Positions 1 through 12,120 of a DNA stretch of 64,000 bases are shown piece after piece. Position 1 is the first letter of the stretch, and the number at the start of each line of letters is the position of its first letter. Below the pieces are notes generated by a model that did not search any database, had not been told where the DNA came from, and saw only the letters and a program-made list of their open reading frames with translations. The translations under genes were made by a program, and so were the position numbers. Origin of the DNA: Octopus vulgaris (lineage: Eukaryota); assembly GCA_951406725.2 (NCBI GenBank), contig OX597815.1:134850001-134914000 (forward strand), read 5' to 3'.

Positions 1-1146
1 TATAATAATGGCAACAACGTCTCTCTCCTTCACGACTACTATTTTGATTTCCATAAAGCTAGGTCCACCGGTGACCTGCTCTTCGATGTCATCCACCAGA
101 CGGCTCTAAATTTGGAGAAATTTGGTGAAAGCAATGTAGTCTTTCTCGACTCGGCGAAGCTTTCAAACATGTCTGGTATGCAAATTTATAATCAAACCTG
201 CCAATGCAGGTACTCCAACTCTCTCTTATCTCTTGGGCCGATCGTTCCAGTACCATTCTCTCTTAGGCAGATGGCACTGCCCTTCAATCTTTCCTAGCCC
301 TTCTCAACTAGGCATTATCCATTAACAACCTTGATATCACACGTCAAACCTATATTGATTCCATGAACCTCGAGAGTACACTATCATGCAGCTATATCGA
401 TCTTGTCTGGTTCAAAAGCAAGAAAGCACAAATGTTGTTTTTACCAATAAATCATCACTGTACCACATATCCTGAATTAAGAGCTGCACCAACTAGAGCA
501 CTCATAGTCGTTCCAAATGTAGACTATGAAATAATGAAGAATCTCTCCTGACAAAAGCAGATCCTTAACATAGCAAGGACCGCATTTCAAAGACAAGCTT
601 TTCTCTTCAGATCCTGAAAATAGTTTAATTTCAACAATTACTTACCATATAAAGCTTGGTTACATATGTGAAATATACTGGAGTATTGCACACATATAAG
701 AGTGCTGTTGTTGCTTAAACAGACATCCTAGGCTACGCCAAGAAAAGGGTTACTCAACTAGTTGGCATAATGTCACTCACAGGCACGTTCCAGCCTCTGT
801 TTTACAGACGCACTGTCTCCCCTCCCTGCCTTTTCTACCTGTACTATAATAGTTCCTCGTATCTGGCTGAGCTCTTACCATCTTCGCCCAGGCTTACTCG
901 ATCCTCTCGTCTCCTCTTTTCTCGTCCTGTTAGTTGTGTCCAGGGTCTGCACTAATCACTAAATCCACCCTTTCCTCCCCTCGCCAGAATATCGGTTCTC
1001 TGGAATTCCTTACCTTGTCCTTGCCGTAAGTGTTAACCTACAAATGTTCAAGAAGAGCATTAACAGCTTCACTGTCACTTGTCTTGGAAAGAGTGAGAAA
1101 GCCATGTATACTAACACTGCTTTAAAACCTAACAGTAAAAAAAAAA
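1..1146 (+). mobile_element. Degenerate Jockey/CR1-like LINE, RT domain and 3' end
   Basis: Broken-frame translation gives F.FHKARSTGDLL...EKFGESNVVFLDSAK (RT motif region LD.SKAFD). Near 990-1070 it gives RISVLWNSLP...VNLQMFKKSIN, the typical CR1/Jockey ORF2 C-terminus. A-rich tail at ~1136-1146. Confidence 0.75.
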
Positions 1147-3014
1147 CTAAAGAAAAATGAATCAATACAAAAACTCTAAATATGAATCAAATTAACACAC
1201 TACATTCAAGTAAATCTAATTATTTAGATTGGATGGTTTTATGTTTGACAACTTTGACAGATCGTATCCCATACGACTCTCGGTCTTTTGATATCTGCTG
1301 AATCTTCAATACTGAAAACAAGGTCTTACTCAGGAAATTTGATGCTTTCTTCTTTTACATTTATTATTGCAAAACTGACTGAGATTGGATAGTTGTTCAT
1401 GCTTAAAGTAATCATGCAGAATCCTCGGATAAAGTGATTTAAGAAAAAATTCTATTACGTCTACAGACACTCATTTAAATTGTTGATTTAGTAGGACTGG
1501 TTATTATGAGATTTCGAGTTCTGTTTACCATTTTTAAACTGAGCCCTGATAAATACGAAATATGAAAGAAATATGTAACTTATTGAGATCTTGAAAAATA
1601 AGTTTAAGATTTCTATGAGCCTCAAAATATTGGGCGGCATTTTCTAGACATTAGCAGCTGTGAAGGAGACATTCCAATATCAACATATTTGGATATATGT
1701 GTTAAAAGTTCTTGCTTGACTTATTGTAGCTACTGTTAGACTTAAATATATTTTGTGATGAAGATTTCACTGGTTGTTGAAATTCGCTAATTCTTGGCCG
1801 TTAATAGAAACAAGTTTTCCATGGATAGAATATCATACGAAGGTGTTTCTTTTACATTTAGACAATATAGTAATATTCTGAATTATTAAAATTCAAAGTA
1901 ACGACAATAGTAATCCAAAATTCGTAGAAAGTCCTCTTTATTTTAAAATAGTACACTAGAAACAAGTATTTGCCTTAGGCGCATAGATAGTAATTTCCTA
2001 ACACTACAAGTGTTCTTTTGGAGAAATTTTCCTATGTTACAATTGCTAAACATATATTACAACAGATTACAGAATTTGGTATGTTAATTGCAGGTGAGAA
2101 TAAAATTAAATATATGCACATTAATAATGTTGTCTGGGAAATGAGAAATACTTTACACCATGTTTAAATTGATGTAAATCGATTGGAAGATTTTTGCCTT
2201 CCATTGTAGTGTGCTTGCTCTGACATAGCTCTCGCTGACCGCTGACCCACGTTCTACTAACTGCTTTATAGTTTTTGATTAGCTGTATCTCCCACACTAC
2301 TCTGTTATAGATAAAATACCTTATTATGGCCACATCTAATCATACACACTCATATGCTGCAGATAACCCATTTCATTTCTCTGTAACTGTATATGAATGT
2401 CACCTGAAAGGTGTCATCCACACAGCTTAAACTGCTAACACCAGGCACCCACTACGCAACAATTCTATAAGCAAAGATCTTGAAAACATTCCCTAGTGAA
2501 AGACACGATAAACTAAGCACTGCATATCAAAAACATAATCCTGCAACCCATCATTCCCTTTACTTATGAATAATTCATAATAAATACTTAATATTCCAAG
2601 TTACATACACAATCTCTCATGATTACCAAATTAATAGCGTAGTCAAAACTATATTCCAGGAGCTTGACTTCTTTAAGGCCATAAAGTACTCGAATGCTGA
2701 CCAGTTGATACCATTTGTCCAACAATAAACTAATGCCTGGATGAGATAGCTGCTGCTACGCATAAAGATTTTAGATAGCAAGAGAAAAGAAGACCATCTG
2801 ATTGACTTACAGAACTTTACTAGTTATTACCCTTTGCAGACGGATCTACGGATATTCCGGTTCTTTGTTCCTCTGAAATAGCAAGCAATCCACACGAAAG
2901 CTCTCTCAATGCAACCACCACTCCCCTTACCATATGTCTTTCCTCCAAATACCCTCACTAAACATTTGTCAAATCACACCTTACCGAAACAATATCCGTC
3001 TGAAATTTAATTTA

Positions 3015-4293
3015 CCAGGTTGAGTCAAAATATTTTCGTATCTTAAGCTTTAATTGACAGTTAAAATAGATTACATATGAAAAACATTTATTCATCAAAA
3101 TATATCCCATCATAGTCTGTTACCTGTTACCATCATTCTGCCAGAAGCCCAATTCCACATCCATACCATTTGGCTAGTTTTGAGATAAATATTTCCCTAC
3201 ATCCGTTTTCAGCCTCATCCACTTTGTTAAACCTCCATGTGCACAAGAAATGAGCAATGACTCCGAAACTGTGGTAATCTGATGCTGCAAGATCTGGACT
3301 GTAAGCAGGGTGAGTCAGCACTTCCAGCTCCGCAAGTTTCTCCAGTTATCACTTGATCACATTGGCAATGTGTGCTGGGGCATTGTCATACTGTAGGAGT
3401 GTACGTCTTCGATTGACCAATGCCAAAAAGCGGGCTTTTAAAGCTTCATATACTCACTGCAGTTTCGAGCATAAAAGTTAGAGTTTACAGCATGACCATC
3501 TGGACAAGTTCAAAGTGCAACACCTCGTTGAAATTTCAAACACACAACCACCAGTTCAAACCTTGTCTGAAGCCTGGGCGGGACGAAGCCACTGTTTTCT
3601 CTTATTAGGATTACGAAAATAAATGTTTCATCCTCAGTTGTTTACACTTCATTGATTCTGGTCAGTAGTCGGTTCATGAGGAGATTCTCGATAGCATCTG
3701 TTCACAAGGTCGAGCTTATGGAGTTGTCGATTGATGGTGCTTTGTGAAGGACCAAGGTCTGCCAACAATGTATGAATGCTTGTGCATTTCAAGCAAAGTC
3801 ACATCTTCCACATCAAAAGATCTCCCTTACTTTGGTTTGTTTTCGAGGTTAGTGTTACTTTCCTTGAAACGCTTAATTTTATGCCACACGTTTTACGATA
3901 GAACCGGGATCCTTCACTTCGTTAATTTTTTCCCCCACAAGTAGTGTAAAATTTTGTCACCAGTCATTATCAAAGCTGCAAAATAAGAATAAGCAATTAA
4001 CGTTTATATTATATATATATGAAAATAAATAATCCTTTCTACTATAGACACAAGGTCTGAGATTTGGGAAGTGGGATAGTCGATTACATCGACCCCAGTA
4101 CTTAACTGGTACTTAATTTATCTACTCCGAAAAGATGAAAGACAAAGTCGATCTCTGCAGAAAATAAATGAAAACAAACAATGACGAATTCAGCAACGAT
4201 TGGACAAGTTGTATCAAATTAATGATATAACATAGAGATACAAGTTACCAAAAATTACCGGCGAGAACCCGAAAAACGTTTGACTCAACCTGG
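3015..4293 (-). mobile_element. Decayed mariner transposon with both TIRs and TA TSD
   Basis: TA|ccaggttgagtcaaa at 3013-3029 and tttgactcaacctgg|TA at 4279-4295. The minus strand encodes LLQYDNAPAH and HPAYSPDLAASDYH (ORF 3133-3321). A SINE fragment is nested at ~4031-4160. Confidence 0.9.
4031..4160 (-). mobile_element. SINE family B fragment nested in mariner
   Basis: cgattacatcgaccccagtacttaactggtacttaattta...gatgaaagacaaagtcga matches the full copies at 22998, 27906 and 36669. Confidence 0.8.
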
Positions 4294-4589
4294 TATGTCT
4301 TGATTGCAGCACTCCAGAGCTCCTTGTTTCTTAAGTAAAAATAGTACCCAACTAAAGACTCGAATACAAATTCATTGGTTGCTTAAGTCAGAACCAAGGA
4401 AAATTATATCTACAAGCAACATAGCAGTGTAATTGATTATCGCTCTTGACAAAACGCATGTGTACATATATTTCTGTTCTTTTGATTCATTTAAGCCATC
4501 AACTTTCTGTTTTCGTGTGAAGAGAAAGTATGCTTGTGTATGTATACACACACAGACACACACACACACACATTTATATATATACATAA

Positions 4590-4911
4590 AAAGGAGACCC
4601 CCTTCGGTCATGAATGACCATAGGACTGCACCTAGAAAATTACCCTCCGAGACACAAGTCAGGGCAAGGTTGTTTGTGGAAGGCTAGCAGTCGCCGATGC
4701 ATACCAGCCTTCCCTCTCCCCACCACTGATGTTGTCCAAGGGAAAGGCAAAGGCACCAGTGATGTCGCAACTCATTTCTACAGCTGAGTTAACTGGAGCA
4801 ATGTGAAATAAAGTGTCTTTCTCAAGAACACAACACATAGCCTGGTCCGGGATTCGAACTCACAACCTCACGATCGTAAGTTCTACGCCCTAACCACTGA
4901 GCCATGCACCT

Positions 4912-4915
<4 letters not shown>
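4590..4915 (-). mobile_element. tRNA-derived SINE family A
   Basis: Minus-strand head gtgaaggtgcatggctcagtggttagggcg...gttcgaatcccgg has A/B boxes. Homologous to the copy at 21620. Confidence 0.85.
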
Positions 4916-4955
<40 letters not shown>

Positions 4956-4971
4956 CACACACACACATATA

Positions 4972-5875
4972 TCTATATATATAAAACTGTAGTTGTGTGA
5001 GTGTCTGTCCCCTTCGATTTAGATTCCTAACTACTCCCACATTTTGGGGTGCAGTTTAACCAAATTCGGGTATCTTATAGTCGTGATTCATATCGAGCCC
5101 GTCTGGGTATTAGCGCGCGTCTACGATGAGTCTACGATTTTAAAAATAATTTAACATCATTTTTTTCCATTTTAACGCATATTTTTTTAATTGGCGGCGG
5201 AGTTGGCGTCCATGCTCACACCTGCACCTGCGTTGCTTCTCCCCCTTCTTCCCTCCCTCGTGAAGCTGTGGGGAAGGCAGGGTAGGGAAATCAACGTCGT
5301 AAAGCGTTGTCAAAGAGACCAGCGTTCTTTTAGAACAACGACTTCATGGCTTGAAGTCGCCAAAACAGAAATCGCTAAAAAAGCTGAAACAGATCCACAA
5401 AAACGGCAAAAACCGCCACACAGGGCAGGTTTCCTGTGCAAACAATTTGCACAACTGAATGTTTTAGTTGTTGCACAAATCTTTATATATAAAAGTGAAG
5501 TTGTGTGTCTGTCTCCTACGATTTAGATTCCTAACTACTCCCACATTTTGCGGTGCAGTTTAACCAAAACCGGGTATCTTATAGTCGTGATTCATATCGA
5601 GCCCTTCTGGGCATTAGCGCGCGTCTACGATGAGTCTACGATTAAAAAAAAAATTACCATCGTTTTTTCCATTTTAATGCATTTTTTCGCTATTATATAA
5701 GGGAAGTAACTCTCTAAAAATGTCTACGATGAGTCAACGATTTAAAAAAAATTACCATAATTTTTTATTCCATTTTTAATGCATTTTTTTTGCTATTTTT
5801 TTGCTATAACTCACTAAAAATGCATATATAGTTATTTCCTTTACAAACCCGAGCAACGCCGGGCGATACTGCTAG
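4972..5875 (+). mobile_element. Non-autonomous Helitron with duplicated 5' module
   Basis: A|TCtatatatataaaa 5' end. Subterminal hairpin cccgagcaacgccggg, then CTAG|T at 5872-5876. A second TC-start copy of the first ~200 bp begins at 5480. Confidence 0.85.
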
Positions 5876-5993
5876 TATATATATATATATATATATTAAT
5901 ATACATATTTACACACACACGAATATCAGGTTATAGTCTTTACTCTAGAGTAATGTTACTGAATAGCTCTTGTTGAGGGACTTACAAATAGAG

Positions 5994-6024
<31 letters not shown>

Positions 6025-6028
<4 letters not shown>

Positions 6029-6459
6029 GGATTAGCTCGTATACGAGTAGGTATATATTTGTAAAAAATGAAGTTCGAAAATGCTGCTGTAGTATACAAT
6101 TTTTAATTTTTATATATACATTATAACATGTTTCAGTTCCTGAAATTGTCCATTCTAGCAGAGCTAGACGTCATCAACTTGTTGACCAATCAGAATCGGG
6201 TCTGACCCTTAGCTGTATCGTATGTATCAGGGTCAGATTTGCACGAAATAATTTTTTTCCCTTTTTTTACTAAGGCATATTTCCGTCAGAGTGAGTGTCT
6301 GTTTGAAGTAGCGGCCGTGGTGAAATTTGGTTCTCCTTTTCGGAGGACTTATCTTTTGTTTTAGTATTCCTGGCCCAGGGTGTTTAAACTTGGTCTAAAT
6401 TTTTTTATGAAATATAGTTCTTTATTTTGGCGTTGTGTGAAGGTTGCGTTGTCACTGAA
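6025..6459 (-). mobile_element. Penelope-like element 3' end (GIY-YIG C-terminus plus 3' region)
   Basis: Minus frame 6459..6361 reads FSDNATFTQRQNKELYFIKKFRPSLNTLGQEY*, the E...I....P.LN terminal motif of PLE GIY-YIG endonucleases. Degenerate hammerhead-like core at ~6121-6180. (TA)n on both sides. Confidence 0.7.
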
Positions 6460-6469
6460 TATATATATG

Positions 6470-6935
6470 TAGTGGTCGTATACCGTCAACTCAGTGTGAC
6501 AGTCCCGTAAGGGAATTACACCACCGTCATTTAGCACTAGGGAATATCGCCGTCTCCTGTCGGCTTTGACACATTTTCTGTGTCCTTATATTTGCAAAGG
6601 AGAGGCAATCACCCCCACCATCTGGGACTAAGCACCTGAAGACATGTTTCTGAGTCTATTGCTCGTCGTCAGTTCAGGGTAGCTTGTCTCGCTTGCTGAG
6701 ATGACTGCAGCCTCTTCGCAAAATATATCATATTATCAGTAAAATTTATTGACTGATCACCGAAATTAGAAATATTGAATTTCTAAATGTCTCAGAGAGA
6801 CATAAGCGGTGGTGGAGCGATATAGTGGTCGTATACCGTCAACTCAATGTGACAGTCCCGTAAGGGAATTACAACACCGCCATTTAGCCCAAGGAAACAT
6901 CGACGATGTTCAATATTTCAAATTCAATATTTCTA

Positions 6936-6937
<2 letters not shown>
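6470..6937 (-). mobile_element. Retrozyme/PLE-like repeat: 353-bp unit with ~80-bp direct repeats and a hammerhead
   Basis: tagtggtcgtataccgtcaactc... repeats at 6470 and 6823. Hammerhead between the repeats, short inverted piece at 6919-6937, (TA)n flanks. Confidence 0.7.
6635..6678 (-). ncRNA. Type I hammerhead ribozyme (canonical C3:G8 core)
   Basis: Minus strand: CCUGAA-CUGACGA-C-GAG(caauaga)CUC-A-GAAAC-AU-GUC/UUCAGG. 6-bp stem I, palindromic stem III ACAUGU, GUC cleavage triplet. Confidence 0.8.
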
Positions 6938-6960
<23 letters not shown>

Positions 6961-6966
<6 letters not shown>

Positions 6967-7197
6967 GAAAATAGTAAAAAGTGAAAAAACTACAGAAGGC
7001 TTAAAGGTTAAAAAATATACATATTTGCGTCAATATGTCTGAAGAATATTAAAATTTTTTTTTTCCTTACAATGACATAGTTTAGAAGAAAGACCGGTTT
7101 CGCGTTTAGCTTTTCAAATTTCTTACGACGCAAATATATATATTTTTTAACCTTTAAGCCTTCTGTAGTTTTTTCACTTTTTACTATTTTCTATATA
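6961..7197. repeat. Inverted repeat (~70-bp arms) enclosing a hammerhead-like motif
   Basis: tatatagaaaatagtaaaaagtg...atttgcgtc (6961-7030) pairs with gacgcaaat...ttttctatata (7127-7197). Lies between (TA)n tracts. Confidence 0.85.
7086..7124 (-). ncRNA. Minimal hammerhead-like motif, U3:A8 core
   Basis: Minus strand: AAGAAA-(U)-UUGAAAA-GC(uaaac)GC-GAAAC-CG-GUC/UUUCUU. One extra U before the core and only a 2-bp stem II. Confidence 0.5.
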
Positions 7198-7233
7198 TTC
7201 AACCACATGCTTTCACAAACCAACTTTCTTATC

Positions 7234-7296
<63 letters not shown>

Positions 7297-7850
7297 TAGC
7301 AGAAAGACCACCCTCCAGGCAGTTTTCTACTAGCCACTCTATAATAATTCTACCTTCCACATGTGATTCCTAATTCTAATAATTTTAATATTTTATGTCT
7401 AATTATTTCTTTGTATAATAGTGCTCACTTAGTAAATATTGCTTCCATTATTTTATCAGTCATAATCTCTTTTTTAAAGAGTCAATCTGTTATATATGTT
7501 TATCATTAATAATTGGCAGAACTGACAAAGGTGTGCATAGATAGATAGATAGATAGATCGATAGATAGATAGATAGATAGATACATACATACATACATAC
7601 ATACATACATACATACGCAGACGGACGGATAAACCCCACCCCCACACAAAGATCTGGTACTGTGAGAACACATGAGAAAGGCGTTTCCTTACTTTTTCAA
7701 ATATACCTAAATTTAAAATGATCTAATATAACGATATCATTCATTCGGCATGTGTTGAAATATGACAAAAAATTTAATTCCACACAAATACATGTTACTT
7801 TACATATGATTTATGCGTTAATTCTATTTACCGAAACTTGCTAACATGCT

Positions 7851-8650
7851 TTAAAATAGTATCTCCTTGTAGACACAATTGTTAGTAATCATACGGTTTC
7901 CATTTCTCTTAGCAAGTATTTTTACATTAGCCTTCTTTCGAACTTTAGATAATGCAACATACAGCTGACCATGTGAGAAGAATTGTGCCGGAAGATATAT
8001 TCCAATTTGTTCAAAAGTCTGTCCTTGTGCCTTGTTGCACATCAAGGCAAAAGCTGGTTTGACAGAAAATAATTTGCGTGTAAATGTGAATCGAAATTCC
8101 AATTTTTTGAGATACATGTGATATTCTTGGGAGTAGCAGAGTTGATCTTGCATAATAACATAATAACAGCTACAGTAACATGACCATGTAAACTGACAAT
8201 GATGTAGGGCATGGCATTGCAATGTCCATTAGTAGCATCTAAATTTCTCAGAAGCATCATGCATCATTTTTTCTTCAGTTTGAGAATGTGTTGTTGAAAC
8301 CCTGATGGTGTAAGTTTGTTGATAAACTCGATTGGGTACAAAGTTTCATTATCAACTGTATCTGAGCTTCTGTATATTTTTAGCTCACCAGGGATCCTTG
8401 TCAACAGAAAATCATTCACAAATTGTGCTGCTTCATTTGTTGGAGTAACAATAGTTGTATTTGCCAGTCACACAGGGTTTGTGAAGTTATTTTTGAGGAC
8501 AGCATATGCAAAATCACATAGATCTGAAAGAGTACCACTTTCAAAGCAGGGGTCATTGGGTAGTTTGATTTTGAATTCACCTTGGCTTTGTTCAACAGAA
8601 ATGTTACCATTTCCTACCCCAAGAAGATAATTAGCAAACTCTCTACAGAA
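7851..8650 (-). pseudogene. Helitron RepHel PIF1 helicase C-terminal fragment (frameshifted)
   Basis: Motifs FANYLLGVGNG, MLLRNLDATNGHCN, PAFALMCNKAQGQTF, FSHGQLYVALSKV and NCVYKEIL, spread over different frames. Confidence 0.92.
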
Positions 8651-9135
8651 TGACCTTCTGTAAGAAGTCTTAGATTGGTTGTCAACTCCACTACTTCCAC
8701 ATGATCGCAAAGAAAAGATCTCTTTAGTGTTGTTCAACAATTTGTGATCTGTCACCATTAGTTTGAAGTAGAATATTCTCCTCTCGAGATACCCTAAACA
8801 GTCGGTCATGTGTAGCGGAAACAAGATCATGTCTACGTCTTCGTGCATATTCGGGCATCTGTTTCAGTCGCTTTGCCCTGGTTTCATCTGATTCATTTGC
8901 CCATCTTTCTTTCTGCCGTTGTGCCTTTGCTGCTAAATTTTCTTTTTCAGTCGCAAATTATATATAAACGAAAGCTCCTTAAAAACTATCTTGTTCAGCG
9001 TGCTAGAAATAGCAGCGATCACATAGTTATTATTGTAAGGCATATAGCGTTCCAAGTAGCCATATCAACAAAATCACTTCATTAGAAACGAAAAAATTAT
9101 ATCGGTATATTAAAGAATTTTCATTTTATCAAAGA

Positions 9136-9519
9136 CTAGCAGTATCGCCCGGCGTTGCTCAGGTTTGTAAGGGAAATAACTATAAAGCATTTTTAGAGAG
9201 TTATAGCCAAAAAATAGCAAAAAAATGGAAAAAAAATGATGGTAAATTTTTTTTGAGAGTTAAAACAGGTGGAGTTGCGTCCCCTAGACGGTCTGTGGTT
9301 TGGGTTTCTCATTCTCGACCCCATGTCGAATTTATCGATTTTTTCAGAACTGGGGGAACTTTTCAAAATTTTCGCTGCGTTAGTTTTGAATTATGACATT
9401 GGGCTATGTGTGTGTCAAGTTTCATCAGAATCGGTTGAAAGCCGTGGTCAGAGTGAGGGTACGAGAAAACAGACACACAGAAACACGCACAGACAAACTG
9501 CCGTTTATATAGAGAGAGA
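9136..9519 (-). mobile_element. 384-bp non-autonomous Helitron nested in the larger Helitron
   Basis: Minus strand A|TCtctctctatataaacggc ... gagcaacgccgggcgatactgCTAG|T. Its 3' ~90 bp matches 5790-5875. Confidence 0.85.
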
Positions 9520-9914
9520 TATTCATTTAACAAACTCTGAAAACTGATAATGTTCTTGAAATTGTGCCTCGTATCGAAGTTATATAGCTATTATTGAATT
9601 ATTCTTGAATTAATGAAAATAAGAGGTGAGCGAGAATGAGAGACTGTTGCGAATAAGAACGTAAAATGTTGCCTGCAATGCATTAATAGCGTTTATTATT
9701 AAACATTAAAATCTGCTCAACAGTGAATGCAATAAATATTTAAATTTGCGAGAATTTGGACTTTAAAAAGTTCAGTAAACTTTAGAAATCGAAATTATTG
9801 GAAATTTCTTAGAACATAAATTTATAAAAATATTTCCAGACGGTCAAGCTTTTAATATTGATTTTTTAGTACTTTTAGTTATAAGCAGATTTCTCCATTA
9901 TAGTATAGTATCAT

Positions 9915-10094
9915 GATAGATCGTTAGCCACTACACACATTTTGTCTCTCCTTGTTTTTTTCTGTGTCCCTTTCTGTAGAAGAGCGTAGGCTCGAAACGT
10001 AAAAGACTTTTTCTATTCCTGAGCGCTATACTAATACATCTGTTTGTTTTGTACACCACCTGTCTTCGTGTTTTGTTTTTTCGTAAATTCTCCC
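9915..10094 (+). mobile_element. Short PLE-like repeat with variant hammerhead motif (9970-10005)
   Basis: CUUU-CUGUAGA-A-GAGC(guag)GCUC-GAAAC-GUA/AAAG. Ends at (TA)n. Confidence 0.5.
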
Positions 10095-10127
<33 letters not shown>

Positions 10128-10539
10128 GCATAAATCTATCAACACATATAAGCTTGTATGTATGTACACAATTTTTCTTTCAGGTCTTCGGATTGATACG
10201 ATAGAGCGTATTCTAACTAAATTGTACGGGTGATTGACTCTCCTGTAGTTTAGGTCGAATGAAATATAAATATTGTCTCGAGGTTTTTGGTTCATTATAT
10301 ACATCTGTCTAAACCCTACTGCTTTTTAAAATATGTAATACATAAAAAAATGTAATTTATTCTAAGTCTTCTTCTAATAAGATAAAATAATCATCTCATT
10401 ATCTATTCCATTATTCTTGAAAGTTTATGAAAACGGTAAAATATATTTTACATCCCTACATAATTTGAATCTATTAACATATAATACTACCCCCATTGTT
10501 ACCTACCTAATCTATAGTGAAGTTGCATCCAGTAGACAA

Positions 10540-10692
10540 CCTTCCGAGTTCTTTTACAAGGTTTAGAAAAAATGAAGGACCATTGCAATAGAGGGGAATA
10601 TGAGAGGGAAGTATTTTGAATAAAATCATAATTAACTGATCTTCGTGTATTTTCTTTTACCCAAAGCCAGAAGCTTTTCAGCAACACTCGAA
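10540..10692 (+). mobile_element. Partial copy of mariner-derived MITE
   Basis: Matches the right half and TIR of the 21962 and 30314 copies (cccaaagccagaagcttttcagca). Confidence 0.75.
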
Positions 10693-11552
10693 TATTCTAA
10701 ATGAATGGTAGTAGAAAGCCATTACAAACATACATTGTAATGAATATCTCTTACGGGAGATGAAACCAGTTCGTAATTATGTACTTTGGAGTATTTAGTA
10801 ATTTGCTTTGAATTTACTTTTAATGAAAAAAATGTACTTTGGAATACATAATCTTGAAATTATTTGATTAGAAAAATATATTTTGTATATAATGTGATAT
10901 TTTGGAATATGTTATAATGTATTTTAGAATAATTTGATTGTAATAACCTGTTTATCAATAAGTATTATTGTATCTCAATATGATTTAATAGTAATAATGT
11001 TCTTGGGAAATGTTTAGCAACAATATAAAAAGTGGCGCAGTTTCATGTTTTTATCATTTTTCCCCTATATCTCCCGACTTGTGAGGAAAAATTTTAAACA
11101 TTATAATGTATATACATATGTATGTATGAATGCTTGTATATATATATATGTGTGTGTGTGTGTATGTATATATATGTTTGTATAATATATATATATAAAT
11201 ATACATTTATCTACACACAAACATATATATATACATATACATATATGTATATAAATGTTGAATAAGTCATTGGATTTTCAGCATACAAGAGTACACAATT
11301 GCTTGATAGTTTTCGTGTTTCCGAAATGTCATCGAATGTGAACTCACAAAGGATATAGCTTCAGATGAAAAACGTAAACAAAATTTCACTAGTGTAAAGC
11401 CACTTACATAATAGTACAGTTGGGATTTAATAGCTAAAGTACCAAACATACGAGTAAATATACAAAAGCAGGAATATCCATCGAGCATATACTGTGGAAG
11501 TAAGATACATATCTCAACAGATTATTTAAGTCTCTATTACTAGATTTTTCGA

Positions 11553-11620
<68 letters not shown>

Positions 11621-11827
11621 ATGTATGTCGCTAATACATAGAGGTGTGGGTTTGAGTCCCATGCGTACGGTAAACCCTCCTATTTTTCTGTGGAGGGCTT
11701 ATATGCCTCAATATTAGACAATTTACCTTAATCAATGCACGGTGATCGCTTCTAAGCTTCAAGCTTATAAAATATTATATATATAGACCCACTGCGTAGC
11801 ACCTTTGGTTCGCCCGATCCTATGAGG

Positions 11828-11932
11828 GAAGACACTTGCCGAAAGTGTCATGCAGTGGACTGAACTTGGAGCCTCGGGCCAACTAAAGCCTTGTGAGTGA
11901 ATTTGGTACACGGAAACTGAAAGAAGCCCGTC

Positions 11933-11972
<40 letters not shown>

Positions 11973-12120
11973 GTGTGTTTGTGTGTCTGTATTTGTCCGC
12001 CAAACATCGCTTGACAACCGATGTTGGTGTATTTACGTCTTCGTAACTTAGCGGTTCGGTAAAAGAAGCTGATAGAATAAGTACTAGGCATGCCCGCAGT
12101 CAAACGACCGAAACAAGAGT
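11828..12120 (+). mobile_element. SINE family C (5' part inverted/rearranged)
   Basis: aaagccttgtgagtgaatttggtacacggaaactgaaagaagcccgtcg(TA)n...cgcttgacaaccgatg...gtaacttagcggttcgg, shared with the 45568, 48797 and 55157 copies. Confidence 0.85.

Larger units (their letters stand above)
7296..9908 (-). mobile_element. Internally deleted Helitron carrying a PIF1 helicase remnant
   Basis: 3' CTAG|T at 7296 with a CpG-decayed hairpin (actgcctggagggtggt). The 5' ~190 bp (ctatactataatggagaaatctgcttat...) is homologous to the TC-start Helitron end at 43038. Helicase motifs lie in between. Confidence 0.75.

Noticed and set aside
2055-2100. Isolated splice-like motifs (also ~51805 and ~63705)
   Set aside because: No linked open exon or partner site could be supported.
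4800-4915. tRNA-like A/B boxes here and at 16835, 21620, 32804 and 45568
   Set aside because: SINE heads continuing into repeat bodies, with no complete cloverleaf.
7851-8650. Host PIF1 helicase gene
   Set aside because: Intronless, frameshifted and bounded by Helitron termini.
11300-11345. Minus-strand UCGAUGA...GAAA in a TA-flanked segment
   Set aside because: Core mutated and stems I/III not supported.
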